A stretch of DNA of 64,000 nucleotides, taken from contig JALFNS010000018.1 in the NCBI GenBank assembly GCA_022773945.1, positions 2,960-66,959 on the forward strand. The letters are read 5' to 3'. The position numbers were made by a program, and so were the translations under genes. The DNA is from Clostridiales bacterium. GTDB lineage: Bacteria > Bacillota > Clostridia > Peptostreptococcales > Anaerovoracaceae. A model generated the notes under the pieces. It was not told the origin of the DNA. It saw only the letters and a program-made list of their open reading frames with translations, and searched no databases. Positions 13,142-23,318 of this stretch are shown in pieces. Position 1 is the stretch's first letter. Each line of letters opens with the position of its first letter.

Positions 13142-15670
13142 ATGACAACAACATTAATTGAAGATCGTAAGATGATACAGCACGAGATTCATGATGAAAT
13201 GAAGAATTCCTACATAGACTACGCCATGAGCGTTATAGTAGGACGTGCTCTTCCCGATGTAAGGGACGGTCTGAAGCCCGTACACAGAAGAATACTCTAC
13301 GGACTTCACGAGCTGGGAATCACTCCTGACAAGCCTCACAAGAAATCCGCACGTATAGTGGGTGAGGTAATGGGTAAGTACCATCCTCACGGAGACAGCT
13401 CAATATACGATGCCATGGTTAAACTGGCACAGCCTTTCGCCACCAGATATCCTCTGGTGGACGGACACGGCAACTTCGGTTCAATCGACGGAGACGGAGC
13501 AGCGGCAATGCGTTATACGGAAGCACGTATGACACCTTTCGCTCTCCAGATGATAAGAGATATAGACAAGGATACGGTAGATTTCATACCGAACTTCGAT
13601 GAAGAGGAAATGGAACCTACGGTACTGCCGTCCAGAGTTCCGAATCTTCTCATCAACGGAAGCAACGGTATCGCCGTAGGTATGGCCACGTCCATACCTC
13701 CTCACAATCTCTGCGAGGTAATAGATGCCTGCGTGCGCATGATCGATGATGAGGAATGCACACCGGAGGATCTGCTTAAGATTGTCAAGGGACCTGACTT
13801 CCCGACGGGAGCGCAGATTCTCGGCAAGAAGGGAATAAGAGAAGCATATCTCACCGGACAGGGCAAAGTCCAGGTGAGGGCCGTGGCCGAAATCGAAGAG
13901 ACATCCAGAGGTAAATCACAGATAATAGTCAGTGAGATACCTTATCAGGTGAACAAGGCCAGAATGCTGGAGAAAATCGGCGAGCTGGTCAAGGAAAAAA
14001 GAATAGAAGGTATATCGGCGATACGCGATGAATCCAACAGAGACGGAATCAGAGTCGTAATAGAGCTCAAGGCCTCGGCAAATCCGAGAGTCACACTCAA
14101 CAAGCTCTATAAGCTCTCCTCTCTTCAGGAGAATTTCAGCATAATAATGATTGCCCTGGTAAACGGACAGCCTAAGCTACTGACCCTCTATCAGATAATA
14201 GAGGAATACCTGAAGCATCAGAAGGATGTAGTCACCAGAAGAACCCGCTTCGATCTTGCAAAGGCCGAAGCCAGAGCTCACATTCTGGAAGGTCTGAGAA
14301 TTGCTCTTGACAACATAGATGAGATAATAAAGACAATCAGATCCAGCTACAATGACGCCAAAGAAAAACTCATGGAGAAGTTCGGACTCTCCGACAAGCA
14401 GGCTCAGGCGATTCTGGACATGAGACTGGCGCGTCTGCAGGGACTGGAACGTGAGAAGATAGAAGCAGAGTACGAGGAACTTTGCAAAATGATAGCCTAC
14501 TACAAGGAGCTGCTGGCTGACGAACACAAGCTCATGGGCGTCGTTAAGGACGAGCTTCTCGAAATCCGCAAGAAGTGGGGAGACAAGAGAAAAACGAAGA
14601 TAACCTCCGACGACGGAGAGATGGACGAAGAGGATCTTATCGAAGAGCAGCAGGTTGCCATAACTCTCACTCACAGAGGCTATCTGAAGAGAATACCGGC
14701 CGACACGTACAAGACTCAGAAGCGCGGCGGCAAGGGAGTGACAGGACTCACCACGAGGGAGAATGACTTCGTGAGAGACATGATACTCACTTCGACCCAC
14801 GACGAGCTGATGTTCTTCACGAACAAAGGCCGTGTTCACAAGATCAAAGCCTATGAAATACCTGAAGCCACAAGAACGGCCAAGGGAACGAATGCGGCAA
14901 ACTTCCTCAACATAACGGGAAGCGAAACGATTACAACGATAATACCTTTCAGGAATTTCAGGGATGACAAATATCTCATCGCCGTCACGAAGAAAGGAAC
15001 AATCAAGAAGACAGCAATATCCCAGTTTGACAACAGCAGGAAGACCGGCCTCATAGCAATAACTCTGGCTGACGGAGATGAGCTGGTTTCAATAAGACAG
15101 ACTTCAGGCGAGGACAACGTTCTCATAATAACAGAGAAGGGCAAGTGCATCTGCTTCTCGGAGAAGGATGTTCGTCCGATGGGAAGAAGCGCGCGGGGCG
15201 TTAAAGCCATAACGCTGGAGGATGATGACAGGGTTGTGGCAATGCAGCTGGTTAAGCCTCACGAGGAGCTCTTCGTGGTTACGAGCAAAGGCTTCGGCAA
15301 GAGGACTCCGGTGGAGGAATACAGAAGCCAGTCGAGAGGCGGCAAGGGCCTCCTGACTTATGACAAGACGAAATTTTCCAAGACAGGATATCTTGTAGGT
15401 GCATGCGTTGTAGATGATGATGATGAGATACTTCTCATCAATTCAGAGGGAACAGTGATAAGAATCCAGGCGAAGGAAGTGTCCAAGAGCGGCAGATCAA
15501 CCCAGGGCGTCAAGATAATGAGAACCGGTGACAACATCGAAATCATATCCATGGCCAAGATGATAAGGGAAGAGGAGCACGAGAAAGATGCACGCCTCGC
15601 CCAGGAGAAAAAAGCCAGAGAAAAAGCCGAGAAAGACAACGGCGAAGAACAGACCAAGCTTGATATATAA
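13142..15670 (+). CDS. gyrA: DNA gyrase subunit A
   Basis: [27 protein letters not shown]; GyrA-box QKRGGKG present. Confidence 0.98.
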   Translation: MTTTLIEDRKMIQHEIHDEMKNSYIDYAMSVIVGRALPDVRDGLKPVHRRILYGLHELGITPDKPHKKSARIVGEVMGKYHPHGDSSIYDAMVKLAQPFATRYPLVDGHGNFGSIDGDGAAAMRYTEARMTPFALQMIRDIDKDTVDFIPNFDEEEMEPTVLPSRVPNLLINGSNGIAVGMATSIPPHNLCEVIDACVRMIDDEECTPEDLLKIVKGPDFPTGAQILGKKGIREAYLTGQGKVQVRAVAEIEETSRGKSQIIVSEIPYQVNKARMLEKIGELVKEKRIEGISAIRDESNRDGIRVVIELKASANPRVTLNKLYKLSSLQENFSIIMIALVNGQPKLLTLYQIIEEYLKHQKDVVTRRTRFDLAKAEARAHILEGLRIALDNIDEIIKTIRSSYNDAKEKLMEKFGLSDKQAQAILDMRLARLQGLEREKIEAEYEELCKMIAYYKELLADEHKLMGVVKDELLEIRKKWGDKRKTKITSDDGEMDEEDLIEEQQVAITLTHRGYLKRIPADTYKTQKRGGKGVTGLTTRENDFVRDMILTSTHDELMFFTNKGRVHKIKAYEIPEATRTAKGTNAANFLNITGSETITTIIPFRNFRDDKYLIAVTKKGTIKKTAISQFDNSRKTGLIAITLADGDELVSIRQTSGEDNVLIITEKGKCICFSEKDVRPMGRSARGVKAITLEDDDRVVAMQLVKPHEELFVVTSKGFGKRTPVEEYRSQSRGGKGLLTYDKTKFSKTGYLVGACVVDDDDEILLINSEGTVIRIQAKEVSKSGRSTQGVKIMRTGDNIEIISMAKMIREEEHEKDARLAQEKKAREKAEKDNGEEQTKLDI

Positions 15671-15677
15671 GGAGTAG

Positions 15678-16664
15678 ATGATGAAACGAGTTTTTTCGGG
15701 CGTACAGCCTACGGGAAACATTCATATAGGCAACTATCTGGGTGCTCTCAAACAGTTCGTTGATCTTCAGGAGGATCACGAGTGCATATACTGTATAGTG
15801 GATGAACATGCCATCACAGTTCCGCAGGATCCTAAGGAACTGAGAAAACACGTGCTGGATGTGGCCGCACTCTACATGGCTATAGGAATCGATCCGCGCA
15901 AATCAATAATATTCGTGCAGTCCTCGGTAAGCGGTCACGCTGAGCTGGGATGGATTCTCTGCTGCAACTCCTATACGGGAGAGCTGACGAGAATGACTCA
16001 GTTCAAGGCCAAGAGCGGCGGACAGGAATCGGTGGGAACAGGACTTCTCACATATCCTGTGCTTATGGCGGCTGACATACTTCTCTACGACACGGACGTG
16101 GTTCCGGTAGGAAACGACCAGAAGCAGCACATTGAGCTGACGAGAGACATCGCTATCAGAGTAAACAACAAGTACGGGGAAACCTTCGTGGTTCCCGAGG
16201 GAAGATTCATGAAGGCAGGCGCCAGAGTCATGGCTCTCGACGACCCTACCTCCAAGATGAGCAAAAGCTCCCCTAACAATCACAGCAGAATTTCCCTCCT
16301 CGACGAGGACAGCAAGATAAAGAAGTCCATCATGAGAGCCACAACCGACTCCGACGGGGAGATAAGATTCGACCCTGAGAACAAGCCGGGAGTAAGCAAC
16401 CTGCTGAGCATATACAGCGCCTTCAGCGGAACAGCCATAGAGGATGTGGAAGCAGACTTCAGGGGCAAAGGCTACGGTGACTTCAAGAAGGCACTCGTTG
16501 AACTGACAAAGGAAGCACTGGCACCTATAAGGCAGAACTTCAATGAAATCAGAGAATCAGAAGAGCTTATCAGAGTTCTCGATGAAGGAGCCGAGAAGGC
16601 GGATGCCATAGCACAGAAAACGTTAAAGAGAGTTCGCGATACATTCGGACTCGGATACAGATAA
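15678..16664 (+). CDS. trpS: Tryptophan--tRNA ligase
   Basis: SGVQPTGNIHIGNYLG (HIGH), VPVGNDQKQH and KMSKS motifs. Confidence 0.97.
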   Translation: MMKRVFSGVQPTGNIHIGNYLGALKQFVDLQEDHECIYCIVDEHAITVPQDPKELRKHVLDVAALYMAIGIDPRKSIIFVQSSVSGHAELGWILCCNSYTGELTRMTQFKAKSGGQESVGTGLLTYPVLMAADILLYDTDVVPVGNDQKQHIELTRDIAIRVNNKYGETFVVPEGRFMKAGARVMALDDPTSKMSKSSPNNHSRISLLDEDSKIKKSIMRATTDSDGEIRFDPENKPGVSNLLSIYSAFSGTAIEDVEADFRGKGYGDFKKALVELTKEALAPIRQNFNEIRESEELIRVLDEGAEKADAIAQKTLKRVRDTFGLGYR

Positions 16665-16691
16665 ATCATTATAAGGAGAAAGGAAAACAAT

Positions 16692-17297
16692 ATGGGACTT
16701 AATGTAGTATGTCTGGATATGGAAGGTGTTCTCGTACCTGAAATATGGATAGCTTTTGCAGAGAAAACGGGAATAGAAGAGCTTAAGAGGACAACAAGAG
16801 ACGAGCCCGATTACGACAAGCTCATGGAATTCAGACTCGATATCCTCAGGAAGAACAATCTGGGAATCAAAGAAATCCAGGAGGTAATAGGTGAGCTGGA
16901 TCCGATGCCGGGAGCCAGAGAATTTCTCGACGAGCTGAGAACAATAACGCAGGTTATCATTCTCAGCGACACCTTCGAGCAGTTCGCACAGCCTCTCATG
17001 AAGAAGCTGGGATGGCCTACACTCTTCTGCAACACTCTGGATATAGACGAAGACGGCAATATTCTCAGACACAGAATGAGATGCGAGAAGTCTAAGTACA
17101 CCACGGTCAAGCATCTCCAGGCTATGGGATTCGAAACCATAGCAGCAGGAGACAGCCATAACGACCTGGGAATGATTCTCAACAGCAAGGCAGGCTTCCT
17201 CTTCAAGAGCACGGATGCCATCAAGGCTGAATATCCGCAGCTGCCTGCATATGAGGAGTATGACGAGCTTCTCGAGGCTATCAAGAAAGCTCTCTAA
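16692..17297 (+). CDS. thrH: Phosphoserine phosphatase / homoserine phosphotransferase (HAD family)
   Basis: CLDMEGVLVPEIW, RTTRDEPDYD, ILSDTF and AAGDSHND, as in ThrH. Confidence 0.88.
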   Translation: MGLNVVCLDMEGVLVPEIWIAFAEKTGIEELKRTTRDEPDYDKLMEFRLDILRKNNLGIKEIQEVIGELDPMPGAREFLDELRTITQVIILSDTFEQFAQPLMKKLGWPTLFCNTLDIDEDGNILRHRMRCEKSKYTTVKHLQAMGFETIAAGDSHNDLGMILNSKAGFLFKSTDAIKAEYPQLPAYEEYDELLEAIKKAL

Positions 17298-17303
17298 TTC
17301 AGA

Positions 17304-18038
17304 TTATTCAACGGCGGGAAGGGCGGACACTATAATGTCACGGACCTTGTCCGAGAGTGTCTTCTCTTCCTCCCGTGTTATTCCTTTCGTAGGAATCGGC
17401 TCATGAATGGTCACATCGAAGCGTGCGCCCTTGACCATGTAGCCTTTGTCCTCGAAGAATTTGCAGGTTCCGTCAATGGTGACAGGCACGATAGGAACGC
17501 CCGCCTTGGTTGCCAGCTTGAGGGAGCCCTTCATGAACTCACCCGGCACGGAGCATTTGGCCCGTGTGCCTTCGGGGAAGATTACCAGTGAAAATCCGTT
17601 GTTAAGGTACTCGATACCTTTTTTTATTGTTCTCAGAGATGCCCTCGGGTCGTCTCTGTCTATGAATATGCTCCTTATTCTCAGCATCCACGGACCGTAG
17701 AGAGGGATTTTGCCCAGCTCCTCCTTGGCGATAAACCCGAACTGAAATTTGGTGAAAGCCGCGAAGAGCGCGGGTATGTCGGCATATCCCTGATGGTTTG
17801 CCACTATGACAACAGGGCCCTCATCGGGAATGTTCTCCTCTCCGTGAAGATTGTAATCAATGTTGAAATGCTCCATGAACATTGTTCCGAAGGTGGAGGT
17901 TGAATCGAGAATCCACTTTCTCTCCTCCTCGAAATCCCCTGCCGCTCTGGCATCCTCAATCCGGTGGAGATTCTTGTTAAAAAATCTGGCGTCCTTAAAA
18001 AGAGTAACAAAACCCGGTAAATTTCTTATAATTTTCAT
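17304..18038 (-). CDS. plsC: 1-acyl-sn-glycerol-3-phosphate acyltransferase (PlsC family)
   Basis: NHQGYAD (HX4D), FIDR and FPEGTR motifs. Confidence 0.85.
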   Translation of the reverse strand: MKIIRNLPGFVTLFKDARFFNKNLHRIEDARAAGDFEEERKWILDSTSTFGTMFMEHFNIDYNLHGEENIPDEGPVVIVANHQGYADIPALFAAFTKFQFGFIAKEELGKIPLYGPWMLRIRSIFIDRDDPRASLRTIKKGIEYLNNGFSLVIFPEGTRAKCSVPGEFMKGSLKLATKAGVPIVPVTIDGTCKFFEDKGYMVKGARFDVTIHEPIPTKGITREEEKTLSDKVRDIIVSALPAVE

Positions 18039-18112
18039 ACAGAACTCCTTTCTGTCGTTTCCCGTTTATTATATAATAAGTACTCGTAAATCCAAAGAGG
18101 AAAAGGAAGCTT

Positions 18113-18793
18113 ATGAAAGAAAAAACAGCAATAGCGGGAGGAATCCTGATTTATGTTTTAATAACCATCGCCCTGTGCACAGGACGGGCGGAATGGTTCG
18201 ATGATATGGTGAGATTCCCCGTATACGCACTCAGAGACAGTGCGGCGGCACCGGTTCTGAAGGCGGTATCTGTGGTTCTTCACTATCTGGTGAGCTGGAA
18301 GGTTATAGTACCTGTGTGTATTGTTCTCCTGCTGATAAAAAAGACGAGAATAATATACGGTATCCCCGTATCGGCGGCGGCTCTGGCCGTCACCATGTTC
18401 AACAAGACGGTGAAGAGTATTGTGATGAGGCCTCGCCCCGATGACATAGTTCATCTGGTGAGCGAGGGCGGATGGTCATACTCGAGCGGGCATTCCATTA
18501 CCAGCATGTGCCTTTGCGTGGTGCTTATATGGATTGTGCTACGCAGATACAGGCAGGGCGCAATGAAAAAGACCGCCGCAATATCGCTGACGGTCTGTAT
18601 TTCTCTCGTTCTTGTTCTCACCGGTCCCAGCAGAATATTTCTGGGGGTTCACTACCCGACGGATGTGCTGGCCGGCTGGGCCGCAGGGCTGGCTGCCGCG
18701 GCGGCGACAATTCTCATAATCAAAGGCCGCAGCCCCTGGAGTCTAGAAAGACACGTCTCCGGCTCCTCTGTCGAAGAAGACGCTCTTCGATGA
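18113..18793 (+). CDS. PAP2-family membrane phosphatase
   Basis: KSIVMRPRP, SSGHS and SRIFLGVHYPTDV motifs; hydrophobic segments. Confidence 0.9.
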   Translation: MKEKTAIAGGILIYVLITIALCTGRAEWFDDMVRFPVYALRDSAAAPVLKAVSVVLHYLVSWKVIVPVCIVLLLIKKTRIIYGIPVSAAALAVTMFNKTVKSIVMRPRPDDIVHLVSEGGWSYSSGHSITSMCLCVVLIWIVLRRYRQGAMKKTAAISLTVCISLVLVLTGPSRIFLGVHYPTDVLAGWAAGLAAAAATILIIKGRSPWSLERHVSGSSVEEDALR

Positions 18794-19291
18794 GGTTGAG
18801 AGCGGAATGCCGTAGCAGACTCTGGTTCCCTCCGGGAAGAGATTCATGCGCAGTGCAGCCTTGCCTGCCGAGAAGAGAACCCGATTGTCCATTCTCCTGT
18901 CGGCAGCCACAGAAACGGCCGATCCTATGGCTATACCCGCGTCTGTCACGTTGAATGCGCAGGAGGCGCCGGCTTGTCTGTTGGCGGCACAGTCAGGGAA
19001 TCCGCAGTATCCGCAGTTGGTCAGCTGGATCGGATTGTCCATGGCGGCTATTATAACGACGCAGTGGCTGTTATCCACATTGCCCGCATCTCTCTCGTAG
19101 AAATCCTCTCCCGTCTCGCGGGCGATATCTCTCATGTGAGAGGCAAGAACGTCCTTCTCCTCCCCTGAGATAATAAGTGCATCCACGTTATCAACACCGC
19201 ATCCCTTAGGTGCGGTAAGTGCGGCTGCCACCATGTCCTGGGCAACTCTCATAGCCGCAGCGGCTGCGGCTTCATTTCTCTTTTCAATCAT
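18743..19291 (-). CDS. DUF2148-like ferredoxin-domain protein (nitroreductase-like fold with Cys cluster)
   Basis: AALTAPKGCG, RDAGNV, NCGYCGFPDC, CAFNVTDAGIAIGSA and DNRV motifs. Start placed at MIEKRNE. Confidence 0.75.
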   Translation of the reverse strand: MIEKRNEAAAAAAMRVAQDMVAAALTAPKGCGVDNVDALIISGEEKDVLASHMRDIARETGEDFYERDAGNVDNSHCVVIIAAMDNPIQLTNCGYCGFPDCAANRQAGASCAFNVTDAGIAIGSAVSVAADRRMDNRVLFSAGKAALRMNLFPEGTRVCYGIPLSTSSKSVFFDRGAGDVSF

Positions 19292-19760
19292 TCTTTTCTC
19301 CTTCGAATAAAATTTTCTGTCTGGCTGTATGTCCGGCGAAGGCTTCTCTCTTCTCCTCATCGCTTCCGAATTTCATGAAGGCGTGGTAGGTTGTGTCCGC
19401 CATTGAAAGGGCGCCTTCCCAGAGTTCATCCTCACTCATGTCACTGCCGGCGATAACGAGTCGGCAGCCTTCTATGAGCTCTCTTGACATGTCGTCGTGG
19501 AGAACACCGTCTCCGCAGAGAATGACCTTGCCTGAGTCAGTCAGTGTCTGAAGCAGTTCGTATTCCTTGTTTCTGTAGGAATGCTCACCTTCAAGCATGC
19601 AGATTCGCGTAATGCTTCTGCCGTCTGCAGCGGCGATTTCATCGTCCAGAACAACAAGCTCCCTGCCTTCGTCCCGGGCTATTGCCTCGGCCGTTTCACG
19701 AAGGGGAGCTCCGAAATATCCTGTCACGATTACCGTTTTGTTGTCTTTCTTAATATCCAT
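19284..19760 (-). CDS. Shikimate kinase-like protein with degenerate P-loop
   Basis: LDDEIAAADGRSITRICMLEGEHSYRNKEYELL and VILCGDGV resemble AroK, but the Walker A region reads GYFGAPLR. Confidence 0.6.
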   Translation of the reverse strand: MDIKKDNKTVIVTGYFGAPLRETAEAIARDEGRELVVLDDEIAAADGRSITRICMLEGEHSYRNKEYELLQTLTDSGKVILCGDGVLHDDMSRELIEGCRLVIAGSDMSEDELWEGALSMADTTYHAFMKFGSDEEKREAFAGHTARQKILFEGEKND

Positions 19761-19780
19761 GTGGATATTCTAACATAAAT

Positions 19781-19809
19781 TTGATTTTTTGTGGCACTGC
19801 TGTTAGAAT
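19781..19809 (+). promoter_or_regulatory. Sigma-A promoter for the nucleotidyltransferase gene, back-to-back with a minus-strand extended -10
   Basis: TTGATT-17bp-TAGAAT with a TG extension. On the minus strand TGTTAGAAT lies 6 nt before the ATG at 19760. Confidence 0.55.
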
Positions 19810-19845
19810 TATGGCACTGAATGAGAAAAAGGAAAGGATAAGCTT

Positions 19846-20766
19846 ATGGGTAAGGAACCGACATTAGTTGTAATGGCCGCCGGTATGGGATCCAGATACG
19901 GTGGGCTTAAGCAGGTTGATAAGATAACCGAAGCCGGAGAGATAATTCTTGACTTCTCTCTTTATGATGCCATGATGGCGGGCTTCGACAGGGTTATATT
20001 CGTAATAAGAGAGGAGCACAGGGATATTTTCAGAGAGATGGTGGACGAGAGAGCCGGCAGATTCATGAAGGTTGAGTACGCCTACCAGAAGCTGGATGAT
20101 ATACCTGAGGGATTCAGCATTCCGGAGGGAAGAGAGAAGCCGTGGGGAACCTCCCATGCCATACTCGCATGCAGAGACCTCATTGACGGACCTTTCGCCG
20201 TTATCAATGCGGATGACTACTACGGAGCGGGCGCATTCTCAACCATCTATGATTATCTGAGCACTCATAAGGATGGGGATATCTACTCCTATTGCATGGT
20301 TGCATACAAGCTCAAGAATACCATAACGGAGAACGGTCACGTGACCAGAGGAGTATGCGAACTCGATGAGAAGGGATTCCTCAGCGGTATTACCGAGAAG
20401 ATGGAGATAATGAGACGCGAGGAGGGCATAGCCTGTCATGAAGATGACGGAAGCTGGATGCCTCTTGAGGATGATACTCCTGTGTCGATGAATTTCTGGG
20501 GCTTCACGGAGAGCTTCATAGATGAGCTGAAGAAGGGTGCTTATGACTTCTTCGAGAACAAGGTTCCGGAGAATCCTCTGAAGAGCGAGTTTCTCCTGCC
20601 TGTGTCCGTGGATAAACTGATTAAATCGGGCAAGGCGCAGGTTGAAGTTCTCAGATCCTCTGACAAATGGTGCGGCGTCACATACAAGGAGGACAGGGAG
20701 CAGGTCAGGGACCAGCTTCAGGCGAGAAAGGACAAAGGCGAATATCCGGAAAAGCTGTGGAAATAG
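19846..20766 (+). CDS. Sugar-phosphate nucleotidyltransferase family protein
   Basis: LVVMAAGMGSRYGGLKQ, REKPWGT, FAVINADDYYG and SMNFWGF motifs. Confidence 0.85.
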   Translation: MGKEPTLVVMAAGMGSRYGGLKQVDKITEAGEIILDFSLYDAMMAGFDRVIFVIREEHRDIFREMVDERAGRFMKVEYAYQKLDDIPEGFSIPEGREKPWGTSHAILACRDLIDGPFAVINADDYYGAGAFSTIYDYLSTHKDGDIYSYCMVAYKLKNTITENGHVTRGVCELDEKGFLSGITEKMEIMRREEGIACHEDDGSWMPLEDDTPVSMNFWGFTESFIDELKKGAYDFFENKVPENPLKSEFLLPVSVDKLIKSGKAQVEVLRSSDKWCGVTYKEDREQVRDQLQARKDKGEYPEKLWK

Positions 20767-21474
20767 TTAACGCAGCTTTTCCAGCTGAGCATTATGGGCG
20801 GAGCTTATTACACTGTAAAAGCCCGCCATTTTTTTTGCCACTTTCTTGTCCCAGGCCGGGTCGGCCGCGTAGCGTTTGTTGACGGAGTCAATCGTCTTGC
20901 CTTTGTACAATGATCCGGATGGGCTGAGATACTTGTTGGCCAGGCATTTTGCCACTGTGTCTATGCACTCGGCCTTCGATGAGTAACCGCTTCTGCCGAA
21001 GCCGAAGAGGTTGTTGGGCCTGAAGCAGTGCGTACCGTAGGCGCTTTCGTGGGAGGCGATGGCCAGTACGAAGAGGCAGTTGATGTCATAGTCCTGCTCT
21101 GTCTGCCAGAAGGCCTCTTCAAGGCCTACGAGATTGTGTTTGGTAACCAGCTTGAGATCCGCCACGGTCACGCCGCTGGGCTTGCTGACGTCCATGGAGC
21201 AGATCTGATCGTAGGTGTAGGATGGAATGGAATCCTTGCTGTATACATAGTCAACGGTTATCTCTCTGAGATCGTTGCCCACGTCGACGGCTTCAGCCGA
21301 CTTGGAGGCTTTGCCTGCCGCCGCTCTGTCTGCCGCTTCCGATCCTTCGCTTGCCTGACGGTATGTCGCGAAGACACCTGCCGAAACGAGGGCGAGAGTG
21401 AGAACAACCGCAGCCGCTGCCAGGATGATTGCTCTTCCCGTTATTCTGCGTGTGTGATTTATCCTGTATTTCAT
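20767..21474 (-). CDS. Membrane-anchored glucosaminidase-domain (GH73-like) peptidoglycan hydrolase
   Basis: N-terminal hydrophobic segment; LAIASHESAYGT..NNLFGFG..YLSPSG..YAADPAWDKKV. Confidence 0.75.
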   Translation of the reverse strand: MKYRINHTRRITGRAIILAAAAVVLTLALVSAGVFATYRQASEGSEAADRAAAGKASKSAEAVDVGNDLREITVDYVYSKDSIPSYTYDQICSMDVSKPSGVTVADLKLVTKHNLVGLEEAFWQTEQDYDINCLFVLAIASHESAYGTHCFRPNNLFGFGRSGYSSKAECIDTVAKCLANKYLSPSGSLYKGKTIDSVNKRYAADPAWDKKVAKKMAGFYSVISSAHNAQLEKLR

Positions 21475-21475
21475 A

Positions 21476-22075
21476 TTACTTATCCTCCTCTTCGGAAGGC
21501 AGCTGCAGGCCTCCCAGGAGACTCTTCATTATGTCGTCGTCAAGCTTCAGATTCCACTGGCCGTAGCCGTCCGATATGAGAGGCAGATAGAGCTCGGTAT
21601 CCAGATCCGGTTCGTCTCCGGCGGCCTTCTCAAGGTCCGAAACGTATATGTCCAGGCATTTGGCCGCCAGCTTGTCCTTGTCTGTGACTGTATCGCTGTA
21701 GAGATTACCGCTCACGTATTTGTAGGAATCCTTCGTGTAATCCTCAAGTACGGCGGAGAAGTCATCGGTCTTAAGCTGCACCTGAACGACAGCCACGTCT
21801 CCTTTGGCTGCCGAATCTGTGATTTCATAGGAAAAGTTTCTGAAGATGGCCCCTCTCATTTTATCCAGCTCCTCATCATCCCCCTCGCTGTTGACAAGGA
21901 AGTTGACGTAGGTGTTGTCCACGTACTGTTCCAGCACCGTGGCGTTTCCTGCCGAAAGACCGTCGAGAAATTCGGCTGCAGTCTCCTCGGGAGGAGCCGA
22001 CGCAGCGGCCGTGCCGCCGAGACTCATATATACTGTAAGTAAAGTTGTTACTATTGAAGAAAAAAATCCGCTCAT
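21476..22075 (-). CDS. Exported/membrane hypothetical protein
   Basis: 199-aa ORF with an N-terminal hydrophobic signal and an acidic body; RBS upstream; adjacent to the glucosaminidase gene. Confidence 0.65.
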   Translation of the reverse strand: MSGFFSSIVTTLLTVYMSLGGTAAASAPPEETAAEFLDGLSAGNATVLEQYVDNTYVNFLVNSEGDDEELDKMRGAIFRNFSYEITDSAAKGDVAVVQVQLKTDDFSAVLEDYTKDSYKYVSGNLYSDTVTDKDKLAAKCLDIYVSDLEKAAGDEPDLDTELYLPLISDGYGQWNLKLDDDIMKSLLGGLQLPSEEEDK

Positions 22076-22138
22076 TGCTGAAATTCCACCTTTTCCTTCT
22101 TATGATATAAAAAATACAGAGTAATGGCAAGAAAAAAC

Positions 22139-22166
22139 TTGATTTTATCCGCCGCTGGTATATAAT
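22139..22166 (+). promoter_or_regulatory. Sigma-A promoter of rpsF-ssb-rpsR
   Basis: TTGATT-16bp-TATAAT. Confidence 0.55.
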
Positions 22167-22190
22167 ATTAGGGCGTGAATTTATCCGCCG

Positions 22191-22256
22191 CCGGGAAACC
22201 GGTGAATCCTTGCGACAGAGAAACTGTCGCCATCAAGTCCACAGGGAGGTGAAATA
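22191..22256 (+). ncRNA. Probable S6:S18 ribosomal leader (autoregulatory 5' UTR)
   Basis: TCCTTGCGACAG-AGAAA-CTGTCGC hairpin followed by AAGTCCACAGGGAGG overlapping the SD, directly upstream of rpsF, as expected for this leader. A CCGG-GAAA-CCGG hairpin precedes it. Confidence 0.55.
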
Positions 22257-22544
22257 ATGATTAACTACGAAGTAATGTTCATCCTCGATCCTGCACTGGA
22301 TGAGGAAAAGAGAAATGCCACTATCGAGACTGTTAAGGGCATCATCGCAGCTGAAGGCGAAGTAGGCGAAGTTGATGAGTGGGGTCTCAGAAAGCTGGCT
22401 TATCCTATCCAGAAGAAGAACGAGGGATATTACGTTGTAATCGAGTTCAAAGCACAGCCGACTTTACCGAAGGAGCTGGACAGAAGACTCAAGATTTCAG
22501 ACAACGTTATGAGACATCTTATCGTTAACAAGGATGAGAAATAA
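22257..22544 (+). CDS. rpsF: 30S ribosomal protein S6
   Basis: YEVMFILDP, WGLRKLAYPIQK and VMRHLIV motifs. Confidence 0.98.
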   Translation: MINYEVMFILDPALDEEKRNATIETVKGIIAAEGEVGEVDEWGLRKLAYPIQKKNEGYYVVIEFKAQPTLPKELDRRLKISDNVMRHLIVNKDEK

Positions 22545-22559
22545 GAGAAGGGGTGCCCT

Positions 22560-23012
22560 ATGAACAGTGTAGTGCTTATTGGGAATTTAACGAGAGACCC
22601 GGAACTGAGATATTCCACTGGGGCCAATCAGACGGCCATATGCAGATTCACCGTTGCCGTTAACGACGGCTACGGCGAGAAGCAGAGAACCAGCTTCATA
22701 CCTATCGTTGTCTTCGGCAAGCAGGCCGAGAACTGCGACAGATATCTGGCCAAGGGCAGGAAGGTAGCCGTTAACGGAAGAATTCAGACGGGAAGTTACG
22801 AGAAGGATGGACGTACAGTCTATACTACGGATGTTATCGCCAACAGCGTGGAGTTCCTCAGCAGCGGGCAGGGAAGCCAGGGCGGATTCGGCGGAGGTCA
22901 GAGTCGTGAGCAGAGTTTCGGTTACGACAGCGCGCCTTCACAGAGCCGCGGCGGAGAGCCTATGGACGTGCCGGGATTCCAGGCAATCGATGACGACGAC
23001 ATTCCCTTCTAG
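22560..23012 (+). CDS. ssb: Single-stranded DNA-binding protein
   Basis: [18 protein letters not shown]; C-terminal DDDIPF. Confidence 0.98.
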   Translation: MNSVVLIGNLTRDPELRYSTGANQTAICRFTVAVNDGYGEKQRTSFIPIVVFGKQAENCDRYLAKGRKVAVNGRIQTGSYEKDGRTVYTTDVIANSVEFLSSGQGSQGGFGGGQSREQSFGYDSAPSQSRGGEPMDVPGFQAIDDDDIPF

Positions 23013-23029
23013 GAGAAAGGAGAATCATA

Positions 23030-23269
23030 ATGGCTTACGATAACAAGAGACGTGGCGGAATGAGAAGAAAAAAAGTCTGCCAGTTCTGTGCCGATAAGAC
23101 TAAGGAAATAGATTACAAGGATGTTGAGACTCTGAAGAAGTACGTTACAGAGAGAGGCAAGATCCTTCCTAAGAGAATCACAGGCACATGTGCTATGCAC
23201 CAGAGAGAAGTGACGAAGGCTATCAAGAGAGCCAGAATCGTAGCTCTTCTGCCATACACAGCAGAATAA
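23030..23269 (+). CDS. rpsR: 30S ribosomal protein S18
   Basis: [28 protein letters not shown] and [10 protein letters not shown] motifs. Confidence 0.98.
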   Translation: MAYDNKRRGGMRRKKVCQFCADKTKEIDYKDVETLKKYVTERGKILPKRITGTCAMHQREVTKAIKRARIVALLPYTAE

Positions 23270-23278
23270 TCGAGAAGC

Positions 23279-23310
23279 AAAGGCTGTTGCGATATGCAAT
23301 GGCCTTTTTT
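23279..23310 (+). terminator. Rho-independent terminator after rpsR
   Basis: AAAGGCTGTTGC-GATAT-GCAATGGCCTTTTTT. Confidence 0.85.
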
Positions 23311-23318
23311 CGTGAGGT

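Noticed and set aside
13360-13420. Quinolone-resistance substitution in GyrA
   Set aside because: The QRDR reads [10 protein letters not shown], with the Ser83 and Asp87 equivalents intact.
20335-20346. Palindrome GGTCACGTGACC as a third parS
   Set aside because: It shares only the CACGTG core and the flanks do not match TGTT...AACA; likely chance within a CDS.
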